Assembly: GCA_951406725.2 (NCBI GenBank)
Contig: OX597840.1
Span: forward strand, 36,766,001-36,830,000
Direction: 5' to 3'
From: Octopus vulgaris
Lineage: Eukaryota
DNA length: 64,000 nucleotides
Of the stretch, positions 53,922-64,000 are shown piece by piece. Within the stretch, counting starts at the first letter, position 1, and every line of letters starts with the position of its first letter. Below the pieces are notes generated by a model. That model made no database searches. It was not told the DNA's origin and saw only the letters and a program-made list of their open reading frames with translations. The translations under genes and the position numbers were made by a program.

Positions 53922-54474
53922 GCTCACACACGCGCGCGCGCGTTCCCGCAAATACACACATAAAACTTGTGCAGTGATGCAATGAAGTGAAAGCGTAAAT
54001 GAAAGACTGATAACTGAATGAATTACCGAACGAACCAATGGAGAAGCGAATGGAATAAAGGAATGATGGAATAAACGAATGATGGAATAAACGACTAACT
54101 AAATCCATAAATAAATAAATAAATAAAAAGAGTTCAAAGTTTACACTGGTGATCTCTGGTTAAATTATGAGACAATGGAATGCAGTGGCTTGCATCGGCA
54201 GATCGGAGCAGCGGCTGGAAAGTGAATTTGCTATATCAATAACTGGTCCATAGATACTTCATCTTATTGTGAAAAATTAGGCAGAAGTTTGATGGAGAAG
54301 GTTGCAGGAACGGGCAAGATGGACGACCTGAGAAGGGGCAGCTATGGAACGCCGTTGCTCTACACGTTGTAAGCATGTGGTTTGGGTCTGTTAAGTCTGG
54401 AGGACAGCATTGCTACGGAGAAGGCATTCGCAAGAACAATACAAGAATACAAGCAATGCTTAAATAGACAAATC

Positions 54475-54900
54475 TCACTCTCTTTCGCTCTCTTTCTCTC
54501 TTTCTCCCCCTCTCTCTGTCTCTCTACATCGCTCTCTCACTGTCTGTGATACAGTCTCTCTTTCTCTTACTCTCTCTTTTCTTTTACTACTTCCTCCTTT
54601 CTCTCTCTTTCTTCCCTCTCTTTGTTAATCGCTTTCTCTATCACTCTCTCAAAATCGTCTCTCTCATTCTTTGTTTCTCTTTCTGCCTTTTCTCTCTCTC
54701 CTTTTCTTTATCTTTCCTTCGTTCTTTCTTCCTTCCCTTCTCTTTATCTCTCCCTCCCCCCTTTCTTTTTCTTTTCCTCCTTTCCTCTCTCTCTCTCATT
54801 CTCCCTCTCTCTTCCCACTCTTCTTCTCTCTTCTCACTTCCCCTCTCTCCTCATTCTCCTTCTCTCTCTGACGTCTCTTCTCCTCTTTCTCTTTCTCTAT
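54475..54900. repeat. CT-rich low-complexity tract
   Basis: Direct reading. Confidence 0.85.
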
Positions 54901-55309
54901 ATCCAATCATTCAAAATAATCAACATCTAATTTTCAGAAAAAAAAAACAAGAAAAAACCTCCCCCACCCCAATGCCCCCTCCCCTCGACAACATATGCAC
55001 ATTAATTTTACAAATAAACTAATCAGAAATTCATAAAAATACCTTAAAAAAAAGCCACCAAGCTGTAAACATTCTAAATCTGGAAAGGAAAATAGATTTT
55101 AATTAAACATGGCGCTGTTGTTGTTGTTGAACCGTGGGTCAGACTGAATCCAGAAGATTTAGTTTCAAGACGCTTCTCACTCGTGAGTGTCCCGTGTACT
55201 TTCAGGAGGTGTGTCCCTGTCTTAGATTACATCATTTTATGTGTCCTTATTGGAAGACAATAGGGTTTGATTTAAGGGAGACTTGGTTTCTACTTTTAGC
55301 ATGGTGTAA

Positions 55310-55436
55310 AGCGGTGAGCTGGTAGAATCGGTAGCATGTCGGACCAGATGTTTAGCGGCATTTCATCCGTCTTGTTATTCTGAGTTAAAATTCTTCAGTG
55401 TTCGACTTTGTTTTTCATCGGTGAAATAAACTACTA
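55310..55436 (+). mobile_element. Decayed SINE family B running into the minisatellite
   Basis: GCGGTGAGCTGGTAGAATCGGTAGC...TTCTGAGTTAAAATTC...TCGACTTTG. Confidence 0.7.
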
Positions 55437-55746
55437 GTCCTGGGGTCGAAATAATCCGGTTTGTCCCTCCCCGGGGTCCTTGGGTCGAAGTACTCCGGTT
55501 TGTCACTCCCCGGGGTCCTGGGGTCGAAGTACTCTGATTTGTCCCTCCTCGGGGTCCTGGGATCGAAGTACTCCAGTTTGTCCCTCCCCTGGGTCCTGGG
55601 GTCGAAGTACTCTGATTTGTCCCTCCTCGGGGTCTTGGGATCGAAGTACTCCGGTTTGTCACTCCCCGGGGTCCTGGGGTCGCAGTACTTTGATTTGTCC
55701 CTCCTCGGGGTCCTGGGATCGAAATACTCCGGTTTGTCCCTCCCCT
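55437..55746. repeat. GC-rich 39-bp minisatellite, about 8 units
   Basis: Unit GTCCTGGGGTCGAAGTACTCCGGTTTGTCCCTCCCCGGG; 13-aa periodicity in overlapping ORFs. Confidence 0.95.
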
Positions 55747-57062
55747 CTTGGACCAAAATTCTAAACCACTCTTAGCTTCCTGAACGTGGAAGTGTTGTTC
55801 GTCCAGACTTAAAAAAAGGAATGACACAATGGACACTGTAGCCAGTAGCAAACAAAATAGACGGGATAGTCACGCCTAGAACGTCTTGGTTTGTCGATGA
55901 ATGTAGTTGACTTTTTAGTTACTTAAGGAAGGGCATTAATGACATTTAGAAATAGAAATTAATTAATATAGTGGAATGAAAAGGAAGAATAATGATTTGT
56001 GGTGGTGGTCGTGGTGGGGAACAAAGATTAACAACGTGAAACAAATGAATGGATCGATTATGCTCCTTCTTGTTCTGTTATTTGAACCTACCTGCTCACC
56101 GTTTACGTCTTTCGCTCATTGATACGTCTCTTTGTAGCCCGTAATTCTATCACCAGGTTTGATAATACCCAAAATAAAGAGAGAGAGAAAGAGACAGAGA
56201 AAGAGAGAATTCGAGAAGCAGGGTGTCGCGACTCGAGTACATGCCATGTAACTAAAGCAGTCTCGACTCTTATAACGCTGTTGGTTACTCGGTTTTCATA
56301 GCGTATCAGTGTCCGAGATCAGAACATTCTCCAAAATGGGACACCAGCAGAGCCCCCTTTTTATAGACGAGTGAATTGGAGCAATGTCAAATGAAACGTA
56401 CCCCGCGGCCCAAAAGTCGAATCCACTATTTTGCGATTGTGATTGCAACAGCCTTAACACCCTACGCCTTCCTTTCAGCACCTGATTCGCACTTTATTGA
56501 CTCAGGAAGGGTGTAAAATAAAAATGACATCGAAAAGATTTGAACGCCCAATGCCCGAACGCAAGATATTCGTTCGACGCTTTCACGAAACTTGCCATGG
56601 TAACTTATTGATATATTAGCTGAATAAGATTGGAATCAATACACGAATAATCTTGTCTTTTAAGAAGATTAAAGAGACTTATCGTTCTGTTTTTATACCC
56701 TTTCAATGTCTTATCTCTTCCACCTCTACTTTCCCCTCTCTCTCTCTTATTTTTTTCTTTCATAAAATAAGCACGCATAGTTTTTCTTTATAGTTAAAAT
56801 ATCTTTTAAAAATATACAAATGAATTTATTTGACCTTAGGAATCATTGCTTTGATGTCACCATAAAAATCAAATGAAATTTTTCTGTTCCACTCCTCCAG
56901 AATTATAGAGCTGAACCTATCAACTCTTAAAATTTTATATATTCTTAATAGACACATCCACTTACTCTAAATACTCCGCCCGCCCATTTTCAGTTTTTAT
57001 CTCTCCGCAACGTTTCTCCTTTGAGCAAGCCAGCCCTACTGCTATCACAATTTCTCTTCCAC

Positions 57063-57120
<58 letters not shown>

Positions 57121-57122
<2 letters not shown>

Positions 57123-57347
57123 GGAGTAAACACATAAATGTGAAAGGAGGTGAAAAAAAGAGTCCTCAAATACCAGTGGTAGAGTAATATGCTTTATTTA
57201 AAGCAGCAGAAAATTCAACAAAACCTGTTACTCTGAGTTTCCCGTTGCCGTTTATCGGACAATTTTTGCTAGAAAAAACTGTCCGATGAACGGCAACGGG
57301 AAACTCAGAGTAACAGGTTTTGTTGAATTTTCTGCTGCTTTAAATAA
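57121..57347. mobile_element. Foldback element in (TA)n with two divergent hammerhead motifs
   Basis: Arms 57194-57267 and 57274-57347 (2 mismatches) plus left extension starting CCGGAGTAAACAC. Confidence 0.9.
57279..57316 (+). ncRNA. Minimal type I hammerhead, core CCGAUGA
   Basis: CTGT CCGATGA A CG-GCAA-CG G GAAAC TCAGA GTA ACAG. Confidence 0.7.
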
Positions 57348-57497
57348 TATATATATATATTATATATATATCCTACCTTCCTTTTTCTTGGGAACTTAAC
57401 TTCCTTGGCCGTTGTAGAATGTATTTTGGGTATATTAAACTTGGTGGAGTCCATCCTACTGTAGTTCTGAGTATTGGAGATCTCTTTTAGAAAGAGG

Positions 57498-57568
<71 letters not shown>

Positions 57569-59693
57569 GGAATGAAAGTGAGAAGAATGGATTGAACCCC
57601 AGCACTTGTGCATCATCTATCACACTCGAAAGAACGAAGACAAATTGACCTCAGCCAAAACGAATACCACCAACATTTCAATCCGACTCCGCCAATGCCC
57701 CGCCTCACTTATATAAGTATAACGTATTTGTATATATATACGCATGCGTAGACTTTCGATATGTGTTTCTTATACATTTTACACATACTCCATCCACACA
57801 CATACACACACACATTATGTTAAAAATTATTTATATAACTTATATCTACATTGTGTGTGTGTATGATATATATACATGTATACATTGAATGCATACATAC
57901 GCAGACACAGTCACACACATCTAATGTATGTATGTATGAACGTATGTGTATGACCACTGTTTGGGAATTGTACGAAAATTTCTCCGCAATTCGTTTCCGG
58001 AGAGCCTCATTTTGGTTTTCAATAGAAATTTCTAGAAAGCTACTTTAAAATGATTTACATTGTGTATTATTTTATGTTAATCTTCAATATCTGCCTTTTA
58101 CTTTGTAGAAAACTTTCTCTTTGCTCCAGGCGATGCGCTTTCACCCATTGACATTTAACATTACGATTGTATTCACAAACTCGGAATGCAAATGTTAGTG
58201 TTTTATGCGCTCCATCGAAGATTTTAAGCAATTCCTCTTCTAAGGGAATCCTTTTGATTCCTTAGTACGGTGGTGACAACATAAACAATGTCTGAAACGA
58301 TTCCTAAAGTTGAACATTTTGGTATTTGTTGTCTTGCATTCTGCGCTACAGGAAATATATACCATTAACAGAAGCTATATAATGGAAGATTGTTATGAAG
58401 CATGAATAAAATTAGCTGTAATGGGTGGAGGTTTCATATTAAAAAGAAATGAATCCGGTGCGTGTGTTGTGGCTATGTACAGCTGGAACATATTTCGTTC
58501 CCAGTTCTTTATTTTTATCCGTTCTTTCCCTCAGGTTACAAATGAATATCTCATTACGGAAAAATACAATTTCCTCACAAAGTTAAGTAGAGACTCTCAG
58601 AGAAAACTAAACAGCTGTTTCTATAACCCACGTTAAATATCTTCGTTAAACTTTAGTGAGAAACAATTAAGAGAGAGAGTTGATGATGATGCTGCAAAGA
58701 TGGAGTCTACTTAATTTTATCTGACGAAGACAGCATCTCCCATGATTACCCTCTATTAAGTAATGTTTAATGTAATTCAGTTCAATCTTATTTTCTGCCA
58801 TGGTCGGATTGTTTAGTAACTTTCGAATGTTCCAAATATTCAGGTAGGATATATTCCCGTCCTTCAGGTAATGCGTTTTATCAGAGAAAACCCATCAAAC
58901 CCACGTGTCACTTTAGAAGTTTCCCTTCTCTTTTATGTCACAAAATGGTACTTCTAATAACTGTTCGAATTACGCTAAAATTTCGTCAGTCAATTTCTAA
59001 AAAGGTTCACAGGTTTATTTTTCCTCTCAAACATTGAAGCGATATAATACATCACGCTATGTTAAAGATTGACGAATAACCTATCCTGGTTTCGCAAAGT
59101 GCATGTTGCTATTTATATTCTTCTGTCTCAAAATGGTTCTTATTATGTCTTATATACACAAAACCATTCCTTCGAATATCGTCAATAATAAATAGCAGAA
59201 CTTGAGGAAACGACTCACCCCGTAGCTTAAGTTATTTCAGTTTAGATGGAGAAATTCATAGAACTTTCTTAGTTACTTTCAGCATTTCGATCATGCCGTC
59301 GATTTCTTTCCACAGTTAAGGTTGTTTAAAGCGTAAAACTGGATCACACAGACACTGTGACAAGTAGAATACTATCATCGATGATTAGGAAGATTAGCAT
59401 AATCTAGTTTCGAATAATATCCAAGAGGGAATGCTTTACTGCGTCTAAAGATAGACAATCAAGAGAGTGCTAGGCTTTTTGAAAAAAATTATAAGCGTCT
59501 TGAAACAAAGAAAAGAAACGACGCAGCTGATAAAAACAAGATCAATGAAATAAAACAGACGATTTGGAAGGGAACAAAAGAGTGGAAAAGATTTCACCTG
59601 GTTGAAACTTGAAAATTCACACGTCTTGCCGGTTCATGAATATATTGTACAAATCTGTTTGGGGTTATAACGTGTTTACCTTGCCATGAAAAC

Positions 59694-59781
<88 letters not shown>

Positions 59782-61056
59782 GAAAGAGAGAGACTAATCA
59801 AATCAAAATATCATAATAAATCTTCATATCGTCTCATTTTTTTTTTTTTGTAATCTACTGAATTTACCTGAAAACAGTAATGATATAATTTTTAGAAAAT
59901 GAATTAAACAACTCTTCGCTATATTTCTCTGTTTTTCTCTGTTTTTTTTTTTCTATAAAAATATTTATTTCGTGACATTTAAGAATTCATTTTGGGATTT
60001 TTTTTTTCTGTTTGTTTGTAGAATTTCGGGGAATGGAAACTTTTATGTTTTTGCACTTCATGAAACTATTGAGAAATATTTTCTCATATCGCGAAAGTTC
60101 GGTTACAGACAGGGATATGGTTCTGTGAGTGCGGTGTTTATTTGCCGATTATGTGGTTCCTAGTTCGATATCTGTACAAAGCATCATAAGCATCTTTCTA
60201 ACAAAGCCTTAGGTTATCCAATATCCTTAGTTTGGACCAAACAGATGGAAACCGGCTGGAAGCCCACCCCATATATTACACCATATTGACAAAAAAAGGG
60301 CACATAAGCTATCGTAGTCCAAGATAAACAGTGCATGAATAAAAGGCAGGATATCTTCTCTCATTCCATCGTATTCCTCTTGGCATCTCAATCGCCCAAA
60401 ATATTTCCCCTTTAAAATCAATATTCTCAAAATTACAATGTCTCTTCCATTTCCACCTCACTCCCTCTCCCACACAATTTTCTTTTTTCTTTCTTTCCTT
60501 CTTTCTTTCTTCTTTCCTTTCTTTCTCGTACATACAGTTGCTAACTTTATTTCACATCTCACTTCACATTACACTTTCATAACCAACTCTATCCTCTCCC
60601 CTTCACTCCACACATTTTTTACTCTTTAACTCTCCTTCATGCTCTCTCTTCCTCCCTCCTTCCCTCTCACCTTCTCTCTCTCTCTCTCTTTCTCTCTCAA
60701 TATACACATTACCTCCCTTCCTGATTACCTCCTCTTCGTAGTATTTTCCCATCAACCAGTGAAACACTGTTACACTTTTTTTCTTCCTTCTCTCTTCCTT
60801 TCTTCCTTTCTTTCTTTCTTCCTATCCATTCATACATTTCCCGCCTTAGATATCAATAAATAAGTAAAACAAAAATAAAAGAAGATAATTAAATAAGCGA
60901 ATAAAATACATAAATAAAGGAGCCAGGAAACAAAGGTATTTATTACCGAGTGATTTGCTCCTGCAATTTCGTATTGTCAAATGACGCACTGTATACTTAG
61001 CGAAGGATATATATTTTCTGGTGTATAATTATATGGAAACTATCTATCTATTTATG

Positions 61057-61112
<56 letters not shown>

Positions 61113-61179
61113 GCACAGTGCATTTATTTGAATACGAAGCATGGTTTTTCTTTTCAAGAGTCTTTTAAAGTTGTGCATA

Positions 61180-61225
<46 letters not shown>

Positions 61226-61490
61226 TGTCTATATACACCCTCCTCATGTATACATGCATATATCATACATACATACATGCAGACAAATATCCACACATAT
61301 CGCTGAAAGTATATGCACATGCCAATATATATGTATATATACATACATATATACATACATACGTATATACATAGATATATACATACATATATACATACAT
61401 ACACAGATATATACATACATACACAGATATATACATACATACACAGATATATACATACATACATAGATATATACATACATACATAGATAT

Positions 61491-61523
<33 letters not shown>

Positions 61524-61846
61524 TATATATTTATATATATATATATATACACACACATTCACTTCCAGGTAGGCGTCTATCCACGTGTGTGCACCAACAT
61601 ATTCACACATACATTTGTAAGTATGAATGAATGCATGTATGTACGTACGTGAGTATGTCCGTATGAGTGCAGACAAGAAGTAGGGAAGTGAGTACTCCAA
61701 ACCAAAATTAGAGTGTAATGGAAACGGAAAACATCAAGTAGCACTGCTGTGGCTATCTCGGGACAAGAAACTCGGAGTAACAACACACAGACACACACAC
61801 GCTATCACACAAATACACACATATTCACACACATAAACAAGCGTGG

Positions 61847-61886
<40 letters not shown>

Positions 61887-61918
61887 TTTATTTAAAGCAG
61901 CAGAAAATTCAACAAAAC

Positions 61919-61956
61919 CTGTTACTCTGAGTTTCCCGTTGCCGTTCATCGGACAG
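61919..61956 (-). ncRNA. Minimal type I hammerhead, core CCGAUGA
   Basis: Reverse complement of 61973-62010. Confidence 0.7.
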
Positions 61957-61972
61957 TTTTTGCTAGAAAAAA

Positions 61973-62010
61973 CTGTCCGATGAACGGCAACGGGAAACTC
62001 AGAGTAACAG
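61973..62010 (+). ncRNA. Minimal type I hammerhead, core CCGAUGA
   Basis: CTGT CCGATGA A CG-GCAA-CG G GAAAC TCAGA GTA ACAG. Confidence 0.7.
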
Positions 62011-62112
62011 GTTTTGTTGAATTTTCTGCTGCTTTAAATAAAGCATATTACTCTACCACTGATATTTGAGTACTCTTTTTTCCACCTTGTTTCACATTTA
62101 TGTGTTTACTCC

Positions 62113-62153
<41 letters not shown>

Positions 62154-62206
62154 ATAGATAAATGTAGTTAAGTTCATATATCTACATGCTCTGATATATA
62201 TATATA

Positions 62207-62480
62207 TAAAATAATATGTACAATTACTCAATAGTCAAGATAAAACTCTGAGTTTCAGATGCCGAAGTGGAAATCCACAACACCATCTCTTCGGTTATCT
62301 GGCCAAACGCTATGAAAAACCGAAGAAATGGTGTTGTGGATTTCCACTTCGGCATCTGAAACTCAGAGTTTTATCTTGACTATTGCATAATTGTCACATA
62401 TTATTTTACTGATAAATTTCCTCTAGTTACATAATATTGAGGTCTCTTTCTTTCTTTTGTTATCTTACCGTTTTTACCAA
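62207..62480. mobile_element. Different foldback element (about 90-bp arms) in (TA)n with two divergent hammerhead motifs
   Basis: Arms about 62207-62296 and 62318-62408, spacer about 21 nt. Confidence 0.88.
62238..62300 (-). ncRNA. Type I hammerhead, core CCGAAGA, extended helix II
   Basis: Minus strand: AGATAA CCGAAGA GATG..GTGGA-TT-TCCAC..CATC T GAAAC TCAGA GTT TTATCT; helix I 6 bp. Confidence 0.72.
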
Positions 62481-62527
<47 letters not shown>

Positions 62528-62820
62528 GAACAAGAGTACTACAGGAGTACGTGCATCGCTAAAGATAGAAGTCAAAAATATTTCTGTCCCGCGGAATGGT
62601 CACAAAATTAATATTAACCAGCGTTGCTTGTTCTGACGTAGCAGAGGTAAGACAATTTTGTTGTTTCCTGGAATTTTTTCCTACCATGCCTGTATTAATT
62701 TTGTGACTATTGTGTGGCACAGAAGTATTACCTTTGTGTGTGTATGTATATAAATATATATGCGTGTGTTTGTGTGTAAGCACACGACTTACACACACAC
62801 ACACACACACATATATACAC

Positions 62821-62994
62821 TCTTTTACTTATTTTAGTCATTTGACTGCGGCCATGCACCGCCTTTAGTCGGGTCTTATTCTTGGTAAGCCTGGTACCTA
62901 TAAGTCTCTTTTGCCGAATCGCTAAGTTACGGGGACATAAACACACCAGCATCGGTTGTCAAGCAATGTTGAGGGGACAAACACAGTCACACAA

Positions 62995-63045
<51 letters not shown>

Positions 63046-63216
63046 CATATATACGACGGGCTTCTTTCAGTTTCCGTCTACCAAATCCACTCGCGAAGCT
63101 TTTGTCGGCCCGAGGCTTTAGTAGAAGAATTTTACCCAAGGGGCCACGCAGTGGGACTGAACCCGGAACCATGTGGCTGGTAAGCAAGCTACTTACCACA
63201 CAGCCACTCCTGCGCC
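62821..63216 (-). mobile_element. SINE family A, full length
   Basis: Head (minus) GGCGCAGGAGTGGCTGTGTGGTAAGTAGCTTGCTTACC..GGGTTCAGTCCC; internal TA/CA tract. Confidence 0.92.
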
Positions 63217-63661
63217 TATATAATATATGTATTATTAATTTGCCTGTAAAGTTGGTATTCGCTTGCCACTAGTGAAGGCCTTTTGATAATACCAGCGTTC
63301 TCATATTTACTTATATATATATGTGTATACATATGTATATATGCATGTAGTCTCTCTCTTTTTCTGTCTCTCCCTCTCTCACACACGCTCTCCCTCACAC
63401 GTATCTCCGTACCAGAAAAATAGACGACATTGCATATTTCCCCATTAACTACCATATGTCATTTGCCATACATTTAACATTCTTTACCATTCTCTTAAAT
63501 CTGTCTCAATTTCACATACTTCAATTATTTACCTATTACCATAATTTCTTCGAAATGTTCTATTCTCCCACAAATTCTACTGAAATTCTACCAAAATAAA
63601 ACTTAACTCCGAAGAAGTTCCTCTACAATAATAATAATAATGATCATGATGATGATGATAA

Positions 63662-64000
63662 CAGAAGGGGCTACACAATCAATTCGATGCAGTCAAAACA
63701 GATGTTGCTTGAAAAATTTGAGGGATTGGCTGAAGTAAGAAACCCTAAAAAATTATAAAATAGACCAAAAGCAGAATATTGGCAGCGTAAGACGAAGCTT
63801 TGGTCAGGAGCTGATGTGTGAATCTCAGGAATGAACAAATGTCTGCGCTGTGCCGCATCTGTTATAGTGTGGACGAAACCATTGTCCATGTCATGAACGA
63901 ATGGCCTAGACTTGTCCAAAATCCACTACAAGTTGTGGCGACACGATCAGGTAGCTAAAGTGCTACATTGGTAACTGCTACAAGTGGGGGCTAGAGAGGG
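63662..64000 (+). mobile_element. R4/Dong-type retrotransposon fragment (CCHC region), runs off window
   Basis: ETIVHVMNEWPRLVQN / HYKLWRHDQVAKVLHW resembles ET..H..S.C..LA...Y..RHD.VA..LHW; preceded by TAA/TGA repeats. Confidence 0.75.

Larger units (their letters stand above)
61886..62114. mobile_element. Same foldback family as 57121, perfect 76-bp arms, in (TA)n
   Basis: 61886-61961 is the exact reverse complement of 61968-62043 by eye; right extension ends GTGTTTACTCCGG. Confidence 0.92.

Noticed and set aside
55437-55746. CRISPR-like array or repeat protein (RDKPEYFDPRTPG)
   Set aside because: Contiguous 39-bp units with no unique spacers, no cas genes, eukaryotic context; ORFs are open only because the unit is a stop-free multiple of 3.
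57960-59340. Long complex-sequence stretch, possibly an ancient LINE on the minus strand
   Set aside because: Only faint motif echoes and many stops; not supportable by eye.

Overview
AT-rich, microsatellite-saturated eukaryotic DNA with no recognisable host protein-coding gene, so probably intronic or intergenic. The SINE families and repeat landscape resemble an octopus (coleoid cephalopod) genome; this is an inference. Nearly all ORFs in the supplied track are translations of (TA)n, (CA)n and (TAA)n tracts. The real content is transposon-derived: three or more tRNA-headed SINE families, one young CR1-group LINE reverse transcriptase cut by a 100-N gap plus two decayed relatives, four R4/Dong-type fragments mostly abutting TAA repeats, Penelope-like (GIY-YIG) relics, three Tc1/mariner relics, a non-autonomous Helitron and a 39-bp minisatellite. 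The most notable signal is a set of minimal type I hammerhead ribozyme motifs in at least five unrelated sequence families. Most lie in small non-coding elements within or next to dinucleotide tracts. Several are long palindromes carrying two divergent ribozymes, and several have non-canonical catalytic cores (CCGANGA, CUGUUGA, CUUGAAGA). All folds were derived by eye and none has been tested for activity.
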